In this document: positions 39,620 through 51,999 of the stretch, in pieces
Position numbering within the stretch: position 1 is the first letter of the stretch
Layout of the letters: each line of letters begins with the position of its first letter
Assembly: GCA_951406725.2 (NCBI GenBank)
Contig: OX597836.1
Span: 1,054,001-1,118,000, forward strand
Direction of reading: 5' to 3'
Origin: Octopus vulgaris
Lineage: Eukaryota
Length of the DNA: 64,000 nucleotides
Position numbers and translations under genes: made by a program
Notes under the pieces: model-generated
What the model was told of the DNA's origin: nothing
Seen by the model: only the letters and a program-made list of their open reading frames with translations
The model's database searches: none

Positions 39620-39991
39620 TTTAGTCTTTTTCTTTTATTTCTTTCAGTCATTTGACTGCGGCCATGCTGGAGCACCACCTTTAATCGAACGAATCGCCCC
39701 CAGGACTTATTCTTTGTAAGCCTAGTACTTATCCTATCGATATATTTTGCCGAACGTAAACACATCAACATCGGTTGTCTAGCGATGTTGGGCGGACAAA
39801 CACACACAAAAACATATACACACATATATATATATATGACGGGCTTGTTTCAGTTTCCGTCTACGAAATCCTCTCACAAGAGTTTGGTCGGATCAAGGCT
39901 ATAGTAGAAGACACTTGCCCAAGAGTGGGACTGAACCCGGAACTATGTGATTGATAAACAAGCTACTTACCACACAACCACTCCTTCACCT
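39620..39991 (-). mobile_element. SINE family A, near full length
   Basis: cagtcatttgactgcggccatgctggagcacc..gctacttaccacacaaccactcc. Confidence 0.9.
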
Positions 39992-40766
39992 ACATACATA
40001 CATATACACATACACTTGTTTAAAAGTCGCCCTATCAAGCGACTTTTAAGGTAGCTCGTGTGCAGGGCTCTCCATTGGGCCTTGGGCCCAACAGTGACAC
40101 TTTATGCATCGAGGACATATTAAAGTTTATTAGATTTGAACAAAATTTTTCAAGCATCGAACAATTTTCATCAAAACAATAAAATAATTTGTCGACTTGG
40201 AATTTATTGCAAAGCTGCAGGATAAGCAACATTTTTCGTTTTCCCAATCCGAAGTCAGTTCTATGTAACCCACCTCTCTCTGTTTTACACACACATGTAC
40301 GTAAGAAATATATATATATATATGTATGTATATATATATATATATACACATATATGTATGCATATGTATATGCATATATATATATATATGCATATATATA
40401 TATAAACGTACACGTATAAACAAAAACATACGCATGTGTCTGTGTGTACAAATGATTTCCATATACACACGAAAATCTCTTGTACAAATATACAAACACT
40501 TCCATCCCTCCACATCCAGACACATCAATGTACAAACAGAAAGCGATTCTTCGGTAAACACAGGACGCCGGTTTCGCGCTTGGTTTCGTGTCTAGGTCAG
40601 GGCTGAGTTCCACTGACTTCTAAATCTGATCTACTTTATTTTTGTACTCCTCGTCCACCAATGGCATCGCTGAAAGTCTTTCGCCTTCCCTCGACATCGC
40701 TTTCTTTCTCTCTCCATCACTTTTATTTTCTGATATTCATTCGCCCTCCCTGCCTTTTCCCAAACC

Positions 40767-40802
<36 letters not shown>

Positions 40803-41130
40803 TATATATATATATATCAAATCAACGTAGTCAAATATACATTCACTCACACAAAACACACGCGTACATACACAGTCAGCCGTGTGTGAGTGTGCGTGTG
40901 TATACATAAGGTAGACACGGGCTTGAGAATTCGACTCTAGTCAAATGTTGTGTCTCTCTGCCAGCGCGGGCAAAAGAGGAATGCGTTGTGGCCACATCAG
41001 AAAGACACGTGTCTCATCAACGCGATTTGTCTCAGCAAGTTTATTAATAACACTTTCTAATTAGTTCACTTAGCTTTACTTTATCTTGTGTTTCTTTGCA
41101 TAAATGTATGCATGAATATAGCTATCTATG

Positions 41131-41179
<49 letters not shown>

Positions 41180-41182
41180 TCC

Positions 41183-41367
41183 TTTACTTGTTTCATTTGA
41201 CTGCGGCTATGCTGGAGCACCGCCTTTAGTCAAGCAAATCGACCCCTGGACATTCTTTGTAAGCCCAAAACTTATCAGTTTCTTTTGCCGAACCGCTAAG
41301 TTACGGGGATGTAAACAAACCAACATCGGTTGTCAAGCGATAGTGGAAGGGCAAACACAGACACACA

Positions 41368-41429
<62 letters not shown>

Positions 41430-41592
41430 GATAGGCTCCTTCCAGTTTCCGTCTACCAAATCCACTCACAAGGCTTTGGTCGACCCGAGGCTGTAGTAGG
41501 AGACATATATCCAAGGTGCCACGCAGTGGGACTGAACCCGGAGCCATGCGCTTGGTAAGCAAGATTCTTACCACATAGCTACTCTTGCGCCT
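41183..41592 (-). mobile_element. SINE family A, full length
   Basis: tttacttgtttcatttgactgcggc..cttaccacatagctactcttgcgcc. Confidence 0.9.
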
Positions 41593-41630
41593 ATATATAT
41601 ATATATATACATCTCTCTCTCTCTCTCTCA

Positions 41631-41698
<68 letters not shown>

Positions 41699-41767
41699 TA
41701 CGCGCATATATACGTATATAGAATCATGTATATTTAAATAAGTGTCTAGGAACATCCGTCGACTCAC

Positions 41768-41819
41768 CGTCGTCAAAATGGCAAGGTTCAAATGCATAAT
41801 GTCCGGAAAGGAAGTTCAT
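41768..41819 (-). CDS. Candidate first coding exon of an unidentified gene (MNFLSGHYAFEPCHFDD, phase-1 intron)
   Basis: ATG at 41819; 17 codons plus 1 nt, then consensus donor ACG|GTGAGT; non-repetitive CpG-containing context below a promoter-motif cluster. Confidence 0.35.
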
Positions 41820-42317
41820 TGAAAGACGTCTTCATAGAAAGACATTCCCGTAAAATATATTCGTAGCAAAAAACAAAATGGTCGACAGACGCAGCCATCG
41901 AAACCATTACGAGCCACAGAAAGATCGAAATTGTCGTCGCAGTTTCTGCATTCTTTTTATAGAAATTGAGAAAAAATATTAAAAATAAAATGCAAAATCT
42001 TAATAGATATTTGAATCAATTGTTTGTGATGTTCAAACTAAACACGGAATCCATGCATTTGTAAATATGCAAATTATCAGCAAATAAAACAGAAACTTTG
42101 GTAAACGGAAGCATCGAAAGAAGTGAGAATCTTTCCCCGACTGATAAGCATTCACTCCAGCCGTGGCTAACATCTCGAGAAACGAAATGTCATCTCTATT
42201 GACTAAGACTGGCTTCCTGTGATATCTGCGCTCTTTAGTAGAAAGCACCCAAAATGCTGATGGCCGGTGCCGCAGTAATAGACATGTGATTCCCAGAAGC
42301 TAAGAAGTTACTGGAAA

Positions 42318-42411
42318 ATTGGTTCTTTTTCTTTTTAATGGGGATTGGGAATCAAATTTGATAATTCGATGGAAGTTTGACGTCATTGGTTAAAAATAAC
42401 CACGTGACGTG
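42318..42411 (-). promoter_or_regulatory. Candidate Pol II promoter: CRE, E-box and three CCAAT boxes
   Basis: TGACGTCA 42378-42385; CACGTG 42401-42406 overlapping TGACGT; ATTGG at 42318, 42344 and 42385. Confidence 0.45.
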
Positions 42412-42491
42412 TAAAGGCGATCGGGGTTTGTCTCCTTTTGACTACGATGAACATCCGTGGCGTAGAATGTCAAAAATAAGATACCGGGCGT

Positions 42492-42524
<33 letters not shown>

Positions 42525-42994
42525 ACTGTGTGTGAGTGTGACTGCTGTGGGTGTATGCGTGTAATATATATATATATGTGTGTGTGTGTGTATGTGTGTA
42601 TACACACACACATTCCTAAATGTTATTTATGGAGTTTCATGACATCGATTTTCTATTTACTCAAAAAGGAATTTAATTACAACAAAAAAGATTTTTAAAA
42701 AACGAATTTCTCCAACCCCCCCCCCCAAAAAAAAACCCAAACCCAATGCAAATATGAAGCTTGAAGTTGTTTGGGAGACTTATGACTCAGAATGGAAGAC
42801 GTGTCACAAACTGAAGTCGTTGAGATCCTCATGGCTCTATGATGTGAAGTGCCATCTTAAGGAACAAAATAGTAGAGAGCATCGACACAGAAATTGCTGG
42901 AAACGTTTTAGACTTCGTTCCGTCAACACACCACAGAAGAACACTCGTTCTTAAAGGGATCACCACTTATTCCCTGTTCCAAAGACCTTTAATC

Positions 42995-43200
42995 ATTGGT
43001 TTCACATTTTAGTACAAGGCCAGCAATTTCGGAGGCGTGGGTAGGTAGATCACATCGACTCCAGTTCTTAACTAGAGCTTATTTTTTATCGATCCTGATA
43101 GGATGAAAGGCAAAGTCGACTTTGATAAAATGTAAGGACGGACGAAGTGCCGCAAAGCATTCTGCCCAGTGTGCCAACGATTCTCTCTGTTCGCAGCCTT
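42995..43200 (-). mobile_element. SINE family B, diverged
   Basis: gtacaaggccagcaatttc..ggatgaaaggcaaagtcgac..gtgccaacgattct. Confidence 0.75.
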
Positions 43201-43597
43201 ATTTCAATAATTAAATATTGAAGGAAGATTTGAAAGAATATTGATCAATAAAAATTTATGATTCCGGACAGTTGATGATCCAAACAGAATTTGGTGCTTT
43301 CAATCCCGTCCTCCCTTCAGTATCTGAGTCAAATTTGCAGTTGGTTTGCTTATGGAATGTTCGACAGCTGCCATGATTTGACCTGTTAATTGTGCACCAT
43401 CGAGACCAGTATCTATGGAGAATTACACCCTTTAGTTTACGAGTTTATATTGGCGAAAAAGAAAGCAAACAAAGCGAAAAAGAAACAAAACTGAAGGACA
43501 ATTTACTTCCATCCAATAATATGTTGTCGGGATTTTCATTACAACATAATCAAATCATAAGAACAGCATACCACACACACACACACACACACACTGC

Positions 43598-43921
43598 TGA
43601 GACCCCCTTCGGTCATGACTGACCGTGGGATTGTACCTAGAAAGTTACCCTTCCAGGCACCAAGTCCAGGTAAGGTTGTTTATGGAAGACCAGCAGTTGC
43701 CTATGCATACCGGCCTCCCCTCTCTGCGCCACCAGTGTTGTCCAAGGGAAAGGCAAAGGTCGATACAGCTTGGCACTTGTGACGTCGCAACTCATTTCTA
43801 CAGCTGAATGAACAGGAGCAACATGAAATAAAGTGCCTTGCTCAAGAACAAAACACGCAGCCCGGTCCGGGATTCGAACTCACAGCCTCGACGCCCTAAT
43901 CACTGAGCCATGCGCCTTCAC
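43598..43921 (-). mobile_element. SINE family C (tRNA head plus CORE-like domain)
   Basis: Reverse complement gtgaaggcgcatggctcagtg..gagttcgaatccc..cttgagcaaggcactttatttcatgttgctcctgttcattcagctgtagaaatgag; second copy at 49579. Confidence 0.9.
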
Positions 43922-44979
43922 GCGCAATGGCTATGTTAAGAATGATATAGCAGTCCAACTGTTTCTCGATACACACCAAGGCAACACACACACACACACT
44001 ATTTAAGAGAGATAATAAATGATTTCATGTGCCAGTAATAGTTTCATGTGTTGAGAAATACCCCCCAAATAGTCATCAGGCACAAACCACATATGATAAC
44101 GAAATAAAACTTGAATTAGAGAAGAGACGCGAAAAGTTGAGAAGGAAGCATGTAGAAAACTTTGAAGGTTAAAAAACGGAAAACCAAAAACTGAAAACGG
44201 AAAGGTAAAAATTAAAAAGTAAAAAGGTAAAAGCGTTATCTCCTTAGACCTTAAATTTTAAGAGTGGAAAGATATCAACAAGTCAATGAGGTAAAGGGAA
44301 TTTTCCACTTATTCAAAATGTACTTCAACATATGTTTACAACTGCTGAAAATTTCAGACCTAGAGTTCAATAGAAAGTGAGGGATCTAAGCTCTGAAAAA
44401 GGATCTGAGCGCATTCAGTTACACGTAGCCTTCATTTATTTGATCAATTAACATAAGGTGTGGCGTCTTCAGTTATTTTCCACTTAATAACATGTGGTGT
44501 TTCGTTATCTTACAAACTCCATCCGTGGTTAGTCAGCTTAGTAGCTTTGCTTTTGTCCTTATGCCAGAAGCAGGCGATGTCATTGGCATAACGATTTTTT
44601 AAATTCTCCTTCACATAATCCAATATATCTCTTCTTATTTGTTGGATTATCGTTTAGCGGTTGCAGCAACTTCTACCTCGTATATGACATAACCCTATAT
44701 CGTTGGTCAAGTGGATAGGATCCCGAGTCCTGGAATTTACAGCTGGATACCGGCTCCTGATATTGACCTTGTGTAATGATACTCTTCATGCTGGGGCAGC
44801 AGCTATATGTCTGAGTGTATGCATGTGGATGGATGAATGGATGGATGGATAGATAGATGCACATACATGCATACACACATACACACACAGACACACACAC
44901 ACACACATATATATGTCTGTCTGTCTGTCTATCTATCCATGTATCTGCCTATCCCCCCATCCCCTGGCATTTATGGGAT

Positions 44980-45350
44980 AAAATCTTCTCCAAACTCACC
45001 GATCTCCTGCCAGTTCTTTCGTTCTATCATCCATTTTCCGTCTCCCTTCGCATCGTCCTCCCCCGTGCTTCTCGCCATCTCCAACTGGGATTATCCCAAA
45101 CGCAGCTTCCACAGTCTCTACGCAACTGACCCAACCAGCTGCATCATGACATCCGTATAAATACATCAATTGGTGTTACATTAACGATTTCTGGAACCCT
45201 TTCCTTGTTCCCATAATCTTGTCATCCGATATTTAATATTCTACATAAGGCTTTGTGTTCAAAGACTGGGAATTTAGCAGCAGATGTAGTTGTACTGTGC
45301 CAAGATCGATGTCCATAAAGTAATATTGATCCGCACTGATTATAAGGACA
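44980..45350 (-). mobile_element. RTE-clade LINE remnant
   Basis: SILLYGHRSW..FEHKALCRILNI..WLGQLRR resembles RTE LLYG.E.W / FE...LRRIL.I / RWLGHV.R. Confidence 0.65.
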
Positions 45351-45824
45351 ACAGAAGACATGCAACTAATATTGGAGAGTTTAATAAGAGAGGGAAGCAA
45401 CGCTGGTCTGCTTATTAAGTGTTCAAAGAGAGAAATTATGAATATAAATCATGCCACAACATTGAATTTATGGTAGAGAAGTAATAATAAAGTCCGCTGA
45501 TCACTTCAGATATTTGTGGGCTGAGAGTTGCAAGGAACGGTTCGCTTGAATTGGGTTTTGGGGAAAGAATTTTCGAGGATGCAGAACGCGCAATGGCTAT
45601 GTTAAGAATGATTTAGCAGTCCAACTGTCTCTCGATACACACCAAGGCAACATTCACGCATATCTATCTATGTGTATGTGTGTGTGCGTGTGTGTGTACG
45701 TACATATATATACATACAGGTAAGTAGGTTGGCAAATAGCCAGAGATACGTAGAGAGACGAAGAGAAAGAGAGGGGGAGAGAAATAGACAGACAGGTACA
45801 CTGATTGATTGATTGACAGACCTT

Positions 45825-45862
<38 letters not shown>

Positions 45863-46618
45863 AGAAAAAGAGAGAAAGATAAATAGATAGATAGATATCT
45901 CGAAGTATAGACATTGGTAGACAGACAGGTAAACAACCAGAGAGACAGATAAATAGACAGAGAGCCAGTCAAACATACAGACAGACAGACAGATCGATAG
46001 ATGGTGATGTACTCCGTAGTTTCTCTGAGCTTCACGCTGCGATCGACTTTTACGACGGTCAACATATGAGGAGATGATGGACCTGAGTCGAAGTTCGAAG
46101 AAAAGAATACGCGCTGGAGGGAGATTCTTCCGATTAATTACGTGGATAAACTCAATTAAATGTGATTCCTTTCACCTTACTCCATTACACATGAAAGAGG
46201 CTACTTGATTTGTGGTTGTTATGGAGAATATTCTCTCGAGGTATTGCCGTCAGCCATATTGTTGACATTTAATAGTTTATAATTCAACCCCACCCCAGCC
46301 CCACATCAATCAGCTGACACAATGGATTACATATGTTTGAATGGAATTGGTAACAGTTCAAATCCTCTTTGTCCCTCGCTCTCTCTGCCTCGCTCTCTCT
46401 CTCTCTCTGTATAATCCGTCTACTTACTAGGGTTCGCCTACTTACGTAATGCCGCTGTTGCAGACGTCCTCGGTGATTAGGAAGTCCAATGTAGAAGATG
46501 GGCTGATTCTATTATAGATAACATAAGCATTAACAATATATGAGTGTGTGTGTGTGAAGGCATGCGTGTGTTGTATTGAAACTACGTCTGTTTCCAATAC
46601 AACTTGAAAAGTTATTCC

Positions 46619-46657
<39 letters not shown>

Positions 46658-47844
46658 TACATGTAGCTGAATAAATAAACTGCCACTTTCTTCCCCACTC
46701 TCCAAGGCGGTTTAACGTATACAGAGCACGTGCAAGTCTCCACACATAAAGCAATTACAAACACACCTTAATACATACATAAATACATACATGTATATCA
46801 TACATACATTTATACATCCATATATAGTTGCTGTTATTTCTAACCGCCCAAACTCTTCCCGCCACCCACCCCCGTCACCATTCTTTCTTCAAAACTGCTT
46901 CACGCAATGGCGTCATTCCCCCGCAGCCTAGACACTTCGCATCGTATCTGCTCCACTTCTAGCAACACAGAGACCTTGAAAATAGCTTCGCCTTATGCGG
47001 ACATGACAAGTCACTCTTCCTCAGCACTACCAACGCATTATAATCATTAAACTTTTAAAGGAAGCACACAGCAAGACACTTCCTTAGAACTTGTACAACA
47101 ACCATGAAAGTAGAAGAGTCGGTGTTTTTAAATGCTGGTGATTTTCATGATAATCTCTCAAAGAACGAAGACTGGAAAGGCGTCATTTTGGAAATAGAGA
47201 GAAACGAAGCTTTTCGGGATTAGAAAATGTTTTCAACCTGTCTCAGTCACCAGTCCTCGAAAATATTTATTAAAATGTAATTAATACCCACTTAAAAGTG
47301 CTGCTGACTTTTGTGTGACTGTACTGCTCCTACTACTACTGCTGCTACTACACATGGAACTAAGCTGAACAATCTTGGCTTTCTCTTGAGAATCAACCAG
47401 AAAAAACGGTTCCGTCCTTTTATTGAAAGCTCCAGTCTGATTCTCTAAGAACTACTTCCATATTTAAGTAATCGACTCGTCACCCCCCACCACATTTCAG
47501 GCCTTGTGCCTATAGTAGGAAGGATTAGATTAATTTACAACTACGTCATCTCAATTCGATCTCACGGATCAATATTATGAAATAATATATGCAACTAATT
47601 AACTAATTACTCTTGAGGTGTCAATCAAAATTATGCGTATCAGTTATTTGCAGCATGTCTGTCTGTCTGTCTATCTATCTGTCTGTCTGTCTGTCAGACA
47701 GATATGTTAATACAGGTATATTTCAAGAGGAAAAACTGTACAAGGATTGCTTGCAAGCTGAAAAGCTCAAGCTTTAAAATAAAAGAATGAAGAAAACCAT
47801 TCTTTTATTAATCCTGCTTGAGAAAAACAAAACTGTGTTTGTTT

Positions 47845-48034
47845 GTGTGTCTGTGTTTGTCCCCCTAGCATTGCTTGACAACCGAAGCTGGTGTGTTTAC
47901 GTCCCCGTCACTTAGCGGTTCGGCAAAAGAGACCGATATAAAAAGTACTGGGCTTACAAAGAATAAGTCCCGGGGTCGATTTGCTCGACTAAAGGCGGTG
48001 CTCCAGCATGGCCGCAGTCAAATGACTGAAACAA

Positions 48035-48045
<11 letters not shown>
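47845..48045 (+). mobile_element. SINE family A (3' half)
   Basis: gtgtttgtccccctagcattgcttgacaacc..gcagtcaaatgactgaaacaagtaaaaga. Confidence 0.9.
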
Positions 48046-48093
<48 letters not shown>

Positions 48094-49578
48094 AAGAGTG
48101 ATTAACGTGGTATGTCTTTTTTTTCTTTTCTTTTAAGATGCTGAAGTTGATTTAGTTCGGATTTTCGTTAGTCTTAAATTATATTTAAAAATATCTACAC
48201 AGAGGGATTGTCTTTGCGGGCACCGATTCGGCTTTACTACCTGCTATACAAATCTCAGGTATGATTATATCTCATTGATTCAGTACCGCTGGACAATTTA
48301 CACACACACACACACACGCGCGCTCGCGCAAGCAATCTTGTCAGTCGATATCTAAAGCAAAAAGCCACACTTCCAATGGCTTAATTCCCAATTAGCGTCG
48401 CATAACAACCATCGGCTCAGAAGCTTCCTGTGTCCACTCCTGGCCTCCCCCAGGAAAATGAGCCAAAAACTCAACCTGAGTGGTCGCTCATATTACTAGA
48501 AATAACAGCTAAATTTTCCTCAAATTATATAAGATCGTACATAACTCTAAAGACGTAATAATATACTTCATGTGACTTTCATCAATTTCTGAGGTGGTGG
48601 TCGTGGCGGAGTTATGGGAGACTAGCTGGCGTATATTGAAGCAATTATAAAATGTGTTAATATGAAGGTTCTTGTTAATTTAATTATTTGTTTCTGTTAT
48701 TATTTTTCGTTGGTGGTGGTCATGTAGTTTTTGCTGTTCTTGCTGATATGTTTTATGGGTGTTTTCCTTCCTTGTTTTTGATGGTTTGATATTGTTGTTT
48801 AAAGTTCCTTATAAACTTGTTTATGTAGTTTTGGTACCTTTTTCTTTTTTTTCTTAAACCTTTTCTTTCTCTTCGTTTTATTCTATTCAGGTTCTCTTCT
48901 CACTCACCACCACCACCAACACCAGCGCCACCATCGCAGACCATGTTGTGAAACAATCATTTACATCAACGTGGTTTCTCTTTATATCGACAGCCGTGTC
49001 AACATGGCGGTGTTCGTGTTGTTACTGGTGAAAGTAGCAGCAGCAGCAGCAGCAAAAGGAGCGATATTAATTACTTTCTCCTTTTCATTAAACTGTTGTT
49101 TACATAATTGCAACTCTTTATTAATTCTGATTATTGTTGTCGTTATTTTTGTTGTTGTTCGTGTCATTGCTTCTGTTCTTTGTGTTACCGCCGCCGCCGC
49201 CGCTGTTGGGGTTGTTGTTGTCATTGACGCTATATTTGTTTTTGTTGTTAGTGTTGGTAATTGTTTGTTGTTGTCAAATGATTATAAATATTGAATAGAT
49301 CAAAAGTGTTGGATGAAAGAATCGGCAGAGCATCAGATAAAGCCGTGTGTACTTTACAGTTGCGTCACTTCACGTTGTGAATTAAAACATCCATATTTTC
49401 CGTTACATAAAAGACCAGCCAAAGAACGACGCTTCGCTCATCTTGCAAACCTCAGAGTAACGCTAAGTGAAGGTTTCAGCATAGAATCAATAAACTAGGA
49501 AAAACGCAAAAGCAACCACCCACCGGCACACACGCTCCATGTATGTATAAACATATACATACATATATGTCTATATAT

Positions 49579-49919
49579 CTGAGACCCCCTTCGGTCACGA
49601 CACAGACCATGGGATTGCACCTAGAAAGTTACCCTCCCAGGCACCAAGTCCAGGCAAGATTGTTTATGGAAGACCAGCAGTCGCCCATGCATACCGGCCC
49701 CTCCTCTCCACGCCACCAGTGTTATCCATGGGAAATGCAACAGCAGATACAGCTTGGTACCTGTGACGTCGCAACTCATTTCTACAGCTGAGTGAACTGG
49801 AGCAACGTGAAATAAAGTGTCTTGATCAAGAACACAACACGCAGCCTGGTCCGGGATTCGAGCTCACAACCTCACGATCGTAAGCTCGACGCTCTAACCA
49901 CTGAGCCATGCTCCTTCAC
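49579..49919 (-). mobile_element. SINE family C, full length
   Basis: High similarity to 43598-43921; A box tggctcagtgg and B-box-like gctcgaatccc on the minus strand. Confidence 0.9.
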
Positions 49920-50086
49920 ACACACACACGCATATACACTCAAACACATACACGCACAAATATATATATGCGTATGCTTGTGTGTGTATATATTTATATA
50001 TATGTGAAATGAACAATTTTCTTTAAAGGAAACCCCTTCCTGCAAAGCGAGTCACGAAGTATAATAGATTGAGTCTATGAACGGTG

Positions 50087-50267
50087 GTGTTGCTACTACA
50101 GGTATTCCTTCATTACGATCGTTTCAACAATACGTTGTTCAGACAAATTATGGATGTAAACAGTGATTATGCAATATCTTCCAATATTGCGGAATCATTT
50201 ATGTTAATGATTTGCTTGAAACATCGTTGAAACGATCGTAATGTAGAGATAAATGTGATAGAAACAC
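50087..50267 (+). other. ~180-nt imperfect fold-back with perfect 18-bp core
   Basis: cattacgatcgtttcaac (50111-50128) / gttgaaacgatcgtaatg (50226-50243); pairing continues inward to gcaatat-cttcca-atattgc and outward. Confidence 0.85.
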
Positions 50268-51659
50268 TTGCATTCTTCGACCTACTACACACACATACTC
50301 ACATCTATATATATGAATATGTGTGTAAATACTCGCTATAGACAAGAAGCAAAATATATTTCTTCCGCCGAACTTCAAATTACGTAACTGTGAATTACAG
50401 GTCTCCTATGATGAACGAAAATCTGTTCGATGAAAGACGCAACCATTAAAAAGAATATTGCAAAACTGCAGACGAAAACCGAAACAAAGAAAGCGTTTTA
50501 TTGCAAAACATGAACAGAGACAAATACGAATGAATAAAGGTATTTGATTATACGCCTGCGTGCACATATACATACATGCCTACATACATGCCTACATACA
50601 TGCACACACACACACATAAATATACGTGTGTGTGTGTGTGTGTGAAAGCAAGATTGGATTAGTAGTCTATAAAATAAATAAATTAGGATAAAGTTTTCAA
50701 TATTCGCTGAGAGTTTCTCAGTGCATTTGTAAAGAATGTCACTCACATACGTGTGTGAGTGTATATGCTTGTGTGTGTAAGTATATAAATATAAATTAAT
50801 TAATGATCTAATTAATAATGTACTTAGAGCGTTTTTTTTTTTATTTAAGCACTTTCAAATGGTGACCTCGGGTAGAGTAGTTAGGTCGAAATTAGAAACT
50901 GAGCGTCGCAGTGAAACGTAAAACCTGCGCATTTCCTGACGTCGAGGACGCTCCGACCTGAGACGCACCCAGTTTTCACTGAAACGTTTCGTGGAAAAAC
51001 AAGCAAAAGATGTGACAATAAAAACAAGGTCACAGCACTTTATACATCTCTAACCGTGACGTTTTTTCTTTATTTTTTATTCTTGAGGGAAGAGATGTCG
51101 AGTGGTTTAATGACTGAGAGTTCCTCTGGATCATTAAAAGTCTGCGATTTTGCTCTTATTTTTAGACGGCAACGAAACAGAATTTGCTTAGTATAGATAT
51201 CCTTCCGCTGGGATTAGATCGGCCTTCGAAACATTCGACATTCCTCCTCGAGGACGAACGGTAAATTTTTGGAAGGGGGTGGGGTGGGGGGAATAACCAT
51301 TTCAACGCCGAGGAAAGTCGCTACTTTATTTACTTTCCACAGCGAGACTTAAAAAAAAAGAGAAAAAAAAACTATATTTATCCTGTTTACCAAACAGTTG
51401 TGGATTTTACATTGCGTTTCTAATTTTATATATTTTCGTTGACGTCGTCTTCGTGCAGAGGACATGAAAAATTCATTGAATTCTCTTCTGACATTTTGTA
51501 AACTATCAGCACAGACATTCGTATATTCCCTGCGCAGTTTCAATTCCATTTATTTCTTCTGTAATACTTGTTTGGATTAATAACATTTTACATACGTATA
51601 CACATACACACACATATATGTATATATGTCAGTGTGTGTATGTGTGTGTGTGTCTGTGT

Positions 51660-51801
51660 GCAGGCGTGGGCGTGTGGTAAGATGCTTACTTACCAACCAC
51701 ATGGTTCCGGGTTCAGTCCTTCTGAGTGGCACTTTGGGCGTCTGTCTTCTACTATAGCGTTGGGAGGGGATTTGGTAGATGGAAAATGAAAGAAGCCCAC
51801 C

Positions 51802-51846
<45 letters not shown>

Positions 51847-51958
51847 CACACGTGTGTGTACTACAGGACCGCTTGATGAGCGGTGTTGGTGTGTTTACGC
51901 ACTCGTAACGTAGCGGTGCAACAAAACCGACCAACTGAATAAGTCTCAGGTTTACGAA
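51660..51958 (+). mobile_element. SINE family A
   Basis: gcaggcgtgggcgtgtggtaag..ggttccgggttcagtcc..atttggtagatggaaaatgaaagaagccc. Confidence 0.85.
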
Positions 51959-51999
51959 CAAAGCAAAAAAACAAATTCACTCTGTACAAGTTACATATT

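Noticed and set aside
43860-43921. tRNA-like sequences here and at other SINE heads
   Set aside because: They are SINE promoters continuous with SINE bodies, not tRNA genes
44405-44480. CTGAAGA..GTAAC on the minus strand
   Set aside because: GAAA box is broken and there is no stem I
51349-51549. 66-aa minus-strand ORF MELKLRREY..
   Set aside because: No recognisable domain and weak splice signals
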